From: a virus
Lineage: Duplodnaviria; Caudoviricetes
IMG/VR virus record: IMGVR_UViG_3300049913_000010
Coordinates: 1-40,006 of that record
Reading direction: 5' to 3' (one strand)
DNA: 40,006 nucleotides
Shown: one piece after another, positions 18,466 to 26,464 of the stretch
Numbering within the stretch: the first letter of the stretch is position 1
Layout of the letters: every line of letters begins with the position of its first letter
Program-made: the position numbers and the translations under genes
Notes under the pieces: model-generated
What the model saw: only the letters and a program-made list of their open reading frames with translations
What the model was told of the DNA's origin: nothing
The model's database searches: none

Positions 18466-18772
18466 CCCTGTGCGGCTGGCCCTGGCCGCGCTGGCCGTCT
18501 ATCGCCTGGCGCAGCTCGTGGCAGTGGACGATGGGCCGTTCAAGGTCTTTGACAGGCTCCGGGCGTGGGCCGGGACGATGCCGATTGCCGTGGTCCGGGA
18601 AAACCTGGGGGCGCTGGCCCGTTGCCCGTACTGCCTGGGGGTATGGTTTGCGCTTCTGTGCGGGGCGCTGGTCCTGTGGCCCTCGCGGCCCGGCGATGCG
18701 TTTCTGGTCGTCCTGGGCCTGGCCGGGGCGCAGGCATTTATGGAGGGGTTCCATGCCAACAGATCCGATTGA
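18458..18772 (+). CDS. DUF1360-like membrane protein with CxxC
   Basis: LAVYRLAQLVAVDDGPF..F..LR and LARCPYCLGVW match the DUF1360 pattern as recalled; about 3 TM segments. Confidence 0.7.
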   Translation: MADPVRLALAALAVYRLAQLVAVDDGPFKVFDRLRAWAGTMPIAVVRENLGALARCPYCLGVWFALLCGALVLWPSRPGDAFLVVLGLAGAQAFMEGFHANRSD

Positions 18773-20126
18773 GTTTACGAGGGACGCGCCAACCGGCGAC
18801 CAGCAGCGATGCGGCAACCGGGTGCAGCTCGAGGATGCGAACGCCGCGCCATACGGTCCCGGAAATCCACTGCCGATAGCGCCGGCGCCGGGGGCGTTGA
18901 CCGTTGTGCAGATTGCCGACGGAGCCGATGTGACTCAGGGCGCCCTGGCGGACGTGGCCGTAACGACCGACGCCGCCGGCTCCGTTTCTGCCAAATTGCG
19001 CGGCCTGATCGTCCACATGATCTCGCTCCTGGCCCGGCTCCCGGCCGCGTTGGGTGCGAATGGCGGGCTGAAGATTGAGGGCGTGGCCGGAGGGGTGCCA
19101 GTCCCGGTGCATGGCGGGTTAGCCGACAACACGGCAGCGGCCGGCAATCCGATGGCGATTGGGGCGCTGGCAGACGAGACCGCGCCAGGGGCAGCGACAG
19201 AGGGACGGCTTGGCTGGCTGCGCATGACCCTCTACCGGCTGCTGCGAATCACCGACGGCCGGGAGCCTGGGGCAGCGGCCCTACATCGCACGATTACGGC
19301 ACTGTGGGGCAAGCAGCCGCCACTAAGCACGGATGCGAACTGGTCGGCCAACCCCGGCCAACGCAGTCGGGCGCGGTTCCTGACGGATCTGGTTGTGCGG
19401 GGCTGCACGGCGCTGCTCGACGACCCAATCATCACCTTCCGGCCCTACATCCGCAACGGTGCGTATGTCGCCGCAGCGGAGACGGTGAGCTACACCCGCT
19501 CGCGCCTCAAGGACCTGAATACCATCAAGTTCTTGCACACGCACGACAACGGCGCGAACTACACCGATGACAGCGCGGCAGTGATCGACAACAACGCAGC
19601 CACGCAGTCAGACCTGGATGCCCTCGACACGCTCGCCAACCTGGATTACTTTGTCATCGGCGGCCCCGTGCCGTTCATGGGCGCGGCCCTGGACATGGAT
19701 GCGGCCAACGTCAACGCCAACGCCGCGACACTGGTTGTCGAATACGCCAGCCACGCGACGGCGGGCGTGATAGACGGCTGGACGGCAGTGACGAACCTGA
19801 CCGATGGTACAATCGCCGTAGCAACCAAGACGCTGAGCGGCGACGGTCAAATCTCCTGGGGCATGCCCGCTGCCGGCGCCTGGGTTGCAGGCACACTGCC
19901 TGGCGCAGGAGCGCCCGTTACCAGTTGCTACTGGATTCGTTGCTCGGTATCGGCGGCAATCTCAGCCAACGTGGACGTGGAGGAGTGCGACCTGCTGATG
20001 CCCATCCGCGCAGCCATTGACGTGCAGGTGGACGGCGACGACGCGATCCTGACGCTGATGAGCCAGGACGTGGCCGTGACCGGGACGGTGGCCTACAGTG
20101 GCTCGATCTATCTGAGCTGGAGGTAA
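18753..20126 (+). CDS. Putative virion structural/decoration protein
   Basis: 457 aa, Ala/Gly/Thr-rich with a beta-rich C-terminal domain; located in the head module. Confidence 0.55.
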   Translation: MPTDPIEFTRDAPTGDQQRCGNRVQLEDANAAPYGPGNPLPIAPAPGALTVVQIADGADVTQGALADVAVTTDAAGSVSAKLRGLIVHMISLLARLPAALGANGGLKIEGVAGGVPVPVHGGLADNTAAAGNPMAIGALADETAPGAATEGRLGWLRMTLYRLLRITDGREPGAAALHRTITALWGKQPPLSTDANWSANPGQRSRARFLTDLVVRGCTALLDDPIITFRPYIRNGAYVAAAETVSYTRSRLKDLNTIKFLHTHDNGANYTDDSAAVIDNNAATQSDLDALDTLANLDYFVIGGPVPFMGAALDMDAANVNANAATLVVEYASHATAGVIDGWTAVTNLTDGTIAVATKTLSGDGQISWGMPAAGAWVAGTLPGAGAPVTSCYWIRCSVSAAISANVDVEECDLLMPIRAAIDVQVDGDDAILTLMSQDVAVTGTVAYSGSIYLSWR

Positions 20127-20129
20127 ACC

Positions 20130-20543
20130 ATGGCGACTTATATTTTCAAGTGGCGCTTGCTATCCGCTCCCGTCGCCGGCACTGACGGATCGGGGCGGAT
20201 CGTCCATTCGTTGTCGGTATCCTGCCAGGTTGACGGCGCGGGGTCGTGGACTGAGATCCCGGCGCACGCACGGGAGGTCCAGGCAAAAGCCAGTGACCTC
20301 AAGACGGTCATGGATATGCCGCAGGGCACTACCCCAGAAAAGACGGCAAAGGCGCTCGCTTATCGGCGGCTTATCGTAGATTCGTTGCAGCAAACCGTCC
20401 TCACGCCAGAAACCAGGTGGAGCGTCGGGGAGCTGGCGCAGTTCATGGACGCCAATCTCTCAGCCACGACAGAGGCAGCGAGGGCGGACACCTTCCTGCG
20501 AACCACGATGGGCTACACCTACCCTGTGGACTTTGGGATGTGA
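20130..20543 (+). CDS. Hypothetical protein
   Basis: GGAGG RBS, 137 aa, lies between structural genes. Confidence 0.6.
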   Translation: MATYIFKWRLLSAPVAGTDGSGRIVHSLSVSCQVDGAGSWTEIPAHAREVQAKASDLKTVMDMPQGTTPEKTAKALAYRRLIVDSLQQTVLTPETRWSVGELAQFMDANLSATTEAARADTFLRTTMGYTYPVDFGM

Positions 20544-20547
20544 TGCG

Positions 20548-21789
20548 ATGCCACTGATAAAGGCGAACCTGGTCCCGGCAGGACTGGCTCGCGCCCGATT
20601 GGTTGAAACATCGCTGGCGAATCTGCCCGTTTCGGCCCAGGTATCAACCATCTTTCCAGTCTACTATGGCGGGGCTACCTACTACGAGCAGATGGTGTGG
20701 ATTCCCACGTTCACACATACCGATGTAGCGGGCGTTACGTTCGGAGGGTTCTGGGCAGGGAAGTACATCTGCTCGCAGCCACGGGCCACGGCGAGCAACG
20801 ACAACCCCGATGTGGCCGACAGCGCCGATCCGGGCAGCGTGCCGGCGATCTCGCAGTACGGCGTGGCCGGGTGGCGCTACATCAACTACTGGTATGCGCG
20901 GAAGGCGTGCGCCAACATCGGCGTGGGCTGGCATCTGATGACAGCCTTCGAATGGGCTTCTTTGGCCATGTGGTCGCAGATGATGGGCACGATGCCACAC
21001 GGTAACAACCGCAACACCAATCCGCCCGCCGATGTGACCTATACGAGCGAGACGGCGCTGCTCGACCTGGCGTGCAACGCCCGAAACGCAGGGTGGTACG
21101 CCAATCTTGTCGGTACGGGGCCGGCGACGTGGAACCACAACTGGCAGGCGGACGGCGTATCCGATCTGAACGGCAATATGTGGGAGTGGAACCTGGGCCT
21201 GCACCTGCGGACGGCAGACGAAGGGGCCGCTGCGGGCATGCCGCTGGTGCTGGCGTCGCTGAACGTCGGCCTAACCACGTCGCCCTACGGCGCGAGCACG
21301 GCTGTCGGGGTGAACTCCCTGACGGACGGGGCCAAGGCCTGGACCGTCAACGAGTTCGCCGGGATGATCTTGATGGACTCTGCCGGCACCCGCCACGCCG
21401 TCGCCAGCAACACGGCCACGGTGCTGACGCTGAGCAGCGGATTGACGCCGGCAGCCGGCGCATACGAGATTCTCAAGGCCGTGGCGACTGATATTGTCGC
21501 CGGGATGACGAGCGGTCATAGAGTCCTGACGCTGAGAAACGCGGACGCAGACTTGAAGGCATTCGCGCTTCCAGCCACGGCGGACGGGACCGGCGCGGCC
21601 AAATACGGCAACGATGTCTACTACTTTGACACCGCCGATCCGGGGTCCGCGCCGAACAACATCCGCTCGGCGCTTCGCGGCGGGGACTGGCACTTTGGCA
21701 CGAATGCGGGGGTGTTCGCCTTGGCTCTGAATAATGTGCCGTCGCTTGTGGACTACTTCATCTCGTTCCGCTGCTGCAAGTCAATCTGA
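20548..21789 (+). CDS. DGR target protein, Mtd/FGE-type C-type lectin fold
   Basis: GFWAGKY, GWHLMTAFEW, GVSDLNGNMWEW and C-terminal RGGDWHFGTNAGVFALALNNVPSLVDYFISFRCC, the CLec variable-region consensus RGGxW..G..AG.F......P.......GFR. Confidence 0.85.
   Translation: MPLIKANLVPAGLARARLVETSLANLPVSAQVSTIFPVYYGGATYYEQMVWIPTFTHTDVAGVTFGGFWAGKYICSQPRATASNDNPDVADSADPGSVPAISQYGVAGWRYINYWYARKACANIGVGWHLMTAFEWASLAMWSQMMGTMPHGNNRNTNPPADVTYTSETALLDLACNARNAGWYANLVGTGPATWNHNWQADGVSDLNGNMWEWNLGLHLRTADEGAAAGMPLVLASLNVGLTTSPYGASTAVGVNSLTDGAKAWTVNEFAGMILMDSAGTRHAVASNTATVLTLSSGLTPAAGAYEILKAVATDIVAGMTSGHRVLTLRNADADLKAFALPATADGTGAAKYGNDVYYFDTADPGSAPNNIRSALRGGDWHFGTNAGVFALALNNVPSLVDYFISFRCCKSI
21664..21780 (+). 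repeat. DGR variable repeat (VR)
   Basis: The first 21 bp are identical to 22178-22198; codons at the usual variable sites (GAC, CAC, TTT, GCT, CTT, GAC, TAC, TTC) are all NNY, as expected from mutated AAY. Confidence 0.75.
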
Positions 21790-21819
21790 TGTCTGGCTAT
21801 CTGGGAATCTGGTATCTGA
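21783..21819 (+). repeat. Five short TCTG repeats at 7-8 nt spacing between target stop and avd
   Basis: aaTCTGa tgTCTGg ctaTCTGg gaaTCTGg taTCTGa. Confidence 0.7.
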
Positions 21820-21820
21820 A

Positions 21821-22159
21821 ATGCTGCATGAACTGACCATCTATCAGAAGCTTTACGACCTGATGCTGTACGCCTTTCCCATTGTGAACCGCTTTCCAAA
21901 GAATCAGCGGTTCGTACTGGGGCAGCAGATACAGAACTCCATGATAGGCATGGCGACGATGATCGTGCAGGCCAATGCGGAGAAGGACAAGCGGAGGACA
22001 CTGTGGCAGATCGACGTGGAGTTGGAGAAACTGCGGCTGCTCATCCGGCTGGCAAAGGACCTGAACTTCCTGCCAGTGAAACAGTACGGGCTGATGAGCG
22101 AGCGGGCGTCAGAATTAGGTCGCTTGCTGGGCGGATGGACAAAGTCCGCCCAGAAATGA
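21821..22159 (+). CDS. avd: DGR accessory variability determinant (four-helix bundle)
   Basis: 112 aa: ELTIYQKLYDL...RFPKNQRFVLGQQI...IDVELEKLRLLIRLAKDL.FL..KQY......ELGRLLGGW; sits directly after the CLec target. Confidence 0.9.
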   Translation: MLHELTIYQKLYDLMLYAFPIVNRFPKNQRFVLGQQIQNSMIGMATMIVQANAEKDKRRTLWQIDVELEKLRLLIRLAKDLNFLPVKQYGLMSERASELGRLLGGWTKSAQK

Positions 22160-22177
22160 TAGGGTTGAGGCTGTAAG

Positions 22178-22198
22178 CGCTCGGCGCTTCGCGGCGGG
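22178..22198 (+). repeat. Truncated DGR template repeat (TR) stub
   Basis: CGCTCGGCGCTTCGCGGCGGG, an exact copy of 21664-21684, 18 nt after the avd stop; homology then ends abruptly. Confidence 0.75.
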
Positions 22199-22215
22199 CA
22201 GTTTTCACAAGCCTC

Positions 22216-22245
22216 TTGACCCGCTGGTGTGGACGCGATTATGCT
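22216..22245 (+). promoter_or_regulatory. Possible sigma70-type promoter
   Basis: TTGACC-18 nt-TATGCT in the intergenic gap upstream of ORF 22427. Confidence 0.3.
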
Positions 22246-22426
22246 TAAACCTCCGCAATGAGGGCGGGGCGGGCGGCGTAGCAGACGACGAAAGCGCGGG
22301 GGCGAATGATTGCACCTTTGCCGTCGCGCCAAATGCGCCGGGATGGGGCGGCCTGATGGCGGCAACCGGCCCGGTAGGATGGATAGATTAACTGCAATTG
22401 TGAGAGCTAGAGATGCGGGATAAGAA

Positions 22427-23758
22427 ATGGCCTATTTGACGAGCATCAGCACATCGGCGCTGAACAACCAAAACATCGACGCCGCTCTGCTTGTCCACAC
22501 CTTCACGAACACGACGCGGGTGCGGAAGGCATTTGTCAACGTGTTCGTCAAGGACATCGTGGGCGGGGGCGATTATACGGCGCATCTAACATGGGACAGG
22601 GCCGGGGTTGGTCAGTTCTACGAGAGTCTCAAGACAACCAAGACGGTGGCGGCGGGCGTGACGACAACCTGCTTTGAATCCATCCCGCTTGTCTTGGACG
22701 CGGCGGCAGTGCTGAAAGTCTATTTGCTTGGCCGGGCGGGTGATAATGTCAACGCGGTGGACATCATCACAGATGTCTACGAGGAGTTTGTTGCCACGGA
22801 CGCAAGCGGCCTCATATACCTGTCGCCCGTCCAAGGGCCAGTTGAGTTCGGGCAAGTCAAGATGCTGTGCAACGTCGCCAACGAGGGGGCGCTGCATTGC
22901 GTCAACACTAATGCTCTTGGGCGCGGGATGCACACCGAGGGAGTCCAGAGCGGCCAATACAACACAGGAACCGGGGCCGGAGGGAATGGACAGGTCAACA
23001 TTGGCGTTGATACTGGACAATACAACAACGGCGTGGTGGAGGGCCAATATAATTATGGCGGCTCTGCTGGCATGAGGAACAGTGGGGGGTTTGCGGGCCA
23101 ACGAAATGAGGCCGCCATGCTCGGAACGGCACTAGAGTGCGTCGGCGGTGTATCTGGAGCACTCTTCCAGGGCACATCTGACTACGGCGCCCAGTTCATC
23201 GGTGGCACGGCCCCGACAGACCCGGACTGGATGGCGGCGCTGACGACCATCATCGACCGCATCGGAGCATTTACTGGCGCGGGGCTGAATACTGTGCTTG
23301 GATTCTTCCAGGCGTTGGGCCGCAAGTCGGGGGCCATCACGCCGGCTGACATGGGCGGCACCTACGACAACCAGACTGACAGCCTGGAAGCCATAGAGGA
23401 TGACGTGGCCGGCATCGGGGGCGACCCGTGGGCCACATTCCTGCCCGGCGCTTACGTGGCAGGTCAGGCGGGCTTTATACTCGACGACATCCTGGGCTGC
23501 ACCTGTGGCGGCGGGGCGATTGCCTTCACCTACACCGTAACCGATGCAGGGACGGGCTTGCCGATTGACGGGGTATGCGTGTGGATTACGACCGACGTGG
23601 CCGGGACAAATGTCATCTGGATCGGACATACGGACGCCTTTGGGGTGGCGCGAGACAACGCCGGAAACCTGCCGATGTTAGATGCTGGCACTTACCAATT
23701 TTGGCGGCAATTAGCGGGATTTGTGTTTGCAAATCCCCAGGCTATGGTGGTGAGCTAG
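22427..23758 (+). CDS. Putative virion fibre/decoration protein with Gly-Asn repeats and a C-terminal prealbumin/Ig-like domain
   Basis: Repeats GQYNTG, GQVNIG, GQYNNG, GQYNYG, GMRNSG; C-terminal YTVTDAGTGLPIDGV.V...TD..G...LDAGTY. Confidence 0.55.
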   Translation: MAYLTSISTSALNNQNIDAALLVHTFTNTTRVRKAFVNVFVKDIVGGGDYTAHLTWDRAGVGQFYESLKTTKTVAAGVTTTCFESIPLVLDAAAVLKVYLLGRAGDNVNAVDIITDVYEEFVATDASGLIYLSPVQGPVEFGQVKMLCNVANEGALHCVNTNALGRGMHTEGVQSGQYNTGTGAGGNGQVNIGVDTGQYNNGVVEGQYNYGGSAGMRNSGGFAGQRNEAAMLGTALECVGGVSGALFQGTSDYGAQFIGGTAPTDPDWMAALTTIIDRIGAFTGAGLNTVLGFFQALGRKSGAITPADMGGTYDNQTDSLEAIEDDVAGIGGDPWATFLPGAYVAGQAGFILDDILGCTCGGGAIAFTYTVTDAGTGLPIDGVCVWITTDVAGTNVIWIGHTDAFGVARDNAGNLPMLDAGTYQFWRQLAGFVFANPQAMVVS

Positions 23759-23767
23759 GAGGGCATT

Positions 23768-24892
23768 ATGCCAGACAGCGGATCGGGAACCGGAACGCAA
23801 GTCATCCCCGGCGTGTGCCCTCCCGGCGCGGCCTGGAGCCTGGACAGCCTGCCGGCCTGCCGGGCCATCTCCCTGGCCCGCTACATCAAGATCACGATGA
23901 TCGACGAATGCGGGTTCTGGGGGGTGTTCTACGACGGCCAGCCACAGAGCGAATGCCGCACGATCTGGATTCAGTCCGAGCGCGACATGGTGGACCGCTA
24001 TCTCCAGGAGGCGCAAGACGAGATCGAGCAGGTGATCAACTATCCGCTATGCCGGCGGTGGTTCACCGAGAACGTCCGCTACACCTGCCCGATTCAGGCC
24101 AGGTGGGGCGAGGTCGTGGCCGGCGGGGTGGCGGCGCTGTCGAATATCGCCGTGGGGTCGGTGATCAACTATGCCACCGAGCCGGCGGTCGTCGGGCCGA
24201 TTGCTACGACCGTCACCGACCCGGACGAAATCAGGGTCTACTACCCGTCCGCTTCTTCGACGGAGTGCATTGAGATTACGCCGTCGCGGATCGTCCTGTC
24301 AGGCGGATCGCTGACGCTCTATATCCCCCGCTGCCGGATGGTCGATCCGAGCGTGATGAACAACGACCGGGCCGGACTGGACTATAACGACTTGAGCAAC
24401 TTCCTGGCGGCGGTGGACGTGCTGCGACTGTACAACGACACCTCGGAGAATGCGGAGATCGTCTACCCGCACGGCTGCTCGGGGAGCTGCTCGTTGTGCG
24501 GTGAGTACACCCAGGACGGGTGCATCTACGTCCGAGATCCGCGCTTGGGCATCCTGGACGTGCAACCGGCGACGTACTCGGGCGGCGCATGGTCTACCGG
24601 TGGACCGTCGTGTTGCAACCGATCCCCAGAGCGGACGCGGCTGTACTACTATGCCGGCAAGCACCCGTTGACCAGGCAGGAGGAAGATGCGGTGGTCAGG
24701 CTGGCCCATGCCAAGATGCCGGATGAACCGTGCGGCTGCGACGACATCCGCCGGCTGTGGGCCAGGGACAGGCACGTCCCGGACATTTTGACCAGAGAGA
24801 GGCTTAATTGCCCCGTGGGGCAATCGGACGGATCCTGGGTGGCCTGGAGATTTGCGCAGCAGATGAAGCTGGTCCGGGGAGGGCTTCTGTGA
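23768..24892 (+). CDS. Head-tail adaptor-like protein, Cys-rich
   Basis: GGAGG RBS; LQEAQDEIEQVINY and YYYAG motifs reminiscent of connector proteins; 17 Cys in 374 aa; synteny. Confidence 0.55.
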   Translation: MPDSGSGTGTQVIPGVCPPGAAWSLDSLPACRAISLARYIKITMIDECGFWGVFYDGQPQSECRTIWIQSERDMVDRYLQEAQDEIEQVINYPLCRRWFTENVRYTCPIQARWGEVVAGGVAALSNIAVGSVINYATEPAVVGPIATTVTDPDEIRVYYPSASSTECIEITPSRIVLSGGSLTLYIPRCRMVDPSVMNNDRAGLDYNDLSNFLAAVDVLRLYNDTSENAEIVYPHGCSGSCSLCGEYTQDGCIYVRDPRLGILDVQPATYSGGAWSTGGPSCCNRSPERTRLYYYAGKHPLTRQEEDAVVRLAHAKMPDEPCGCDDIRRLWARDRHVPDILTRERLNCPVGQSDGSWVAWRFAQQMKLVRGGLL

Positions 24893-24898
24893 GATCAA

Positions 24899-24972
24899 CC
24901 CCGCCGCTCCAGGTTCGGAAAGCGAATATGGGGCTAACGTCTAGGGTGGTGCGCCTGCCTGGAGCGGCGGGG
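24899..24972 (+). repeat. 15-bp perfect inverted repeat enclosing a 44-nt structured loop
   Basis: CCCCGCCGCTCCAGG (24899-24913) and CCTGGAGCGGCGGGG (24958-24972). Confidence 0.8.
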
Positions 24973-24999
24973 ATGGTTATTGTGAGGGAGGGCTAGGCT

Positions 25000-25644
25000 A
25001 TGGCAAACGGTAAGATTCTGTGGTTGTTTGCCGATGGGTACGAGGTCATAATGGCCAAGGAGGCGCCCATCCTGCGAGCATACGGCATGGTCGGAAACTG
25101 CATCGTAAACACCAAAACCATCGGCAACACGAACAAGATGTCGCTGGCGGATCTGACCGTGCTCTCCGGCCTGGGTTGGGAGATAGGGTCACACGGCTAT
25201 ACCCACGTCAACCCAACGACGCTGCCGGATTCGCCACCCAACCCGCTGGCCGGGAGTTTGCAACAGCACCTGCAGGCCAGCCGGACCTGGCTTCTCGCCA
25301 ACGGATTCAGCGGAGCGTTCTATGGCCCGCCGCTGGGATGCAGCGCGCACGTCAAAGCCAAGGCGTTGACAGCAGGCTACACCCAAATCGTCCAGGAAAG
25401 CCTGGACGTGACCTGTACCGTTCTGCCCGGCGGATGGACCTATTCCTGGACGAACCAGGAAACTTACGACCGGCTGGAATTCGACGCGGCGCTGGCGGCG
25501 CTGATTGGAAACCCGACCTACATCCTGTTCGCCTGCTTTGCCAAGGTTGGGCCACCGCCCGTGCCGGAGACGGGGGAGTTCGAGGCGATGGTTGCTCAGT
25601 GCGCCTGCGCCGGCATCGGCTGCACTGTGATGAGCGCGCTATGA
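25000..25644 (+). CDS. Polysaccharide deacetylase (NodB/CE4)-like protein, divergent
   Basis: GWEIGSHGYTH motif; motif 1 reads LFADG instead of TFDDG. Confidence 0.7.
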   Translation: MANGKILWLFADGYEVIMAKEAPILRAYGMVGNCIVNTKTIGNTNKMSLADLTVLSGLGWEIGSHGYTHVNPTTLPDSPPNPLAGSLQQHLQASRTWLLANGFSGAFYGPPLGCSAHVKAKALTAGYTQIVQESLDVTCTVLPGGWTYSWTNQETYDRLEFDAALAALIGNPTYILFACFAKVGPPPVPETGEFEAMVAQCACAGIGCTVMSAL

Positions 25645-26138
25645 TCGTCATAAAGGCCATCAAGCCGAAGCCGATCAATCTGGCAGTGTTCCAGAAATAC
25701 GCCACGGAAGCCGTCCGGCGCACGGTAGACACGGCTAACACGGAATTCGCCAAGACCTATGCCACCTGGGACAACAAGCCGCCCTTCACCAAGACGATCA
25801 AGGCAACTGGGTTGAATGTCGAGGGCGAGGTCTTTACGACCGATCAGGTCTATGCCTGGGTAAACAATGGCACGCCGCCACACCTGATCCCCAAGGCCGG
25901 CCCCGGCTTGCTGGCCTTCAGCGAGGGCTATACCGCTAAAACGATGCCGGGGGTGCTCTATTCAAGGTCGGGCGGTTCATTCGGGAACAAGGTGATCGGC
26001 GTCATGCAGGTGCATCATCCAGGCACGAAACCGAGGCTATTTGACAAGGCCGTGGCCACATACACCAATCCATGGTTCAAATACTGGGGTGACTATTACA
26101 TGAAGATAGCCGCAAAGGAATCGGGACACGCACTATGA
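25641..26138 (+). CDS. Neck/tail-completion protein (HK97 gp10-like)
   Basis: YAWVNNGTPPHLI...VHHPGTKPRLF motif; ATGA coupling. Confidence 0.7.
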   Translation: MIVIKAIKPKPINLAVFQKYATEAVRRTVDTANTEFAKTYATWDNKPPFTKTIKATGLNVEGEVFTTDQVYAWVNNGTPPHLIPKAGPGLLAFSEGYTAKTMPGVLYSRSGGSFGNKVIGVMQVHHPGTKPRLFDKAVATYTNPWFKYWGDYYMKIAAKESGHAL

Positions 26139-26464
26139 AGACCATCACGATCAAAGGCAAGTCGGCCCTCGTCGAGCACGGGGGCCAGCGGGCAATCGTG
26201 CCCGCGTCGGAGGCGGGCAACCCGGAGGCGCTGGCGCGTGGCGTCCCCTATGGCCTGCCGTGGGAGGAAGTGATCGCAAGCGTTGGCCTGAATGCTACGC
26301 CGCAATCGCTGGCGGGCGAGTTGCGGAAGCGGGGCATCTGGACGGCCGACGACCTGCGGCGCAATGTGAACGCCGCGCTGGGAGCAATCCAGGCGGTGTA
26401 CGGATTGGACCTGGCGGCGCTCATCGGGGCCGCTAACAGATTCGAGGGAGGTAAGAATGGCTAA
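26135..26464 (+). CDS. Hypothetical protein in neck region
   Basis: 109 aa coupled ORF before the major tail gene. Confidence 0.55.
   Translation: MKTITIKGKSALVEHGGQRAIVPASEAGNPEALARGVPYGLPWEEVIASVGLNATPQSLAGELRKRGIWTADDLRRNVNAALGAIQAVYGLDLAALIGAANRFEGGKNG

Noticed and set aside
22199-22426. Reverse transcriptase remnant after the TR stub
   Set aside because: Only short open frames on manual reading; no YxDD or other RT motif recognised.
24899-24972. HDV-like or hammerhead ribozyme
   Set aside because: GCGAAT..GGG resembles HDV J4/2, but I could not build the nested double pseudoknot, and there is no CUGANGA core.
25020-25640. N-terminal 207 aa of ORF 25020..26138
   Set aside because: Overlaps the deacetylase in another frame; the real neck gene starts at ATG 25641.
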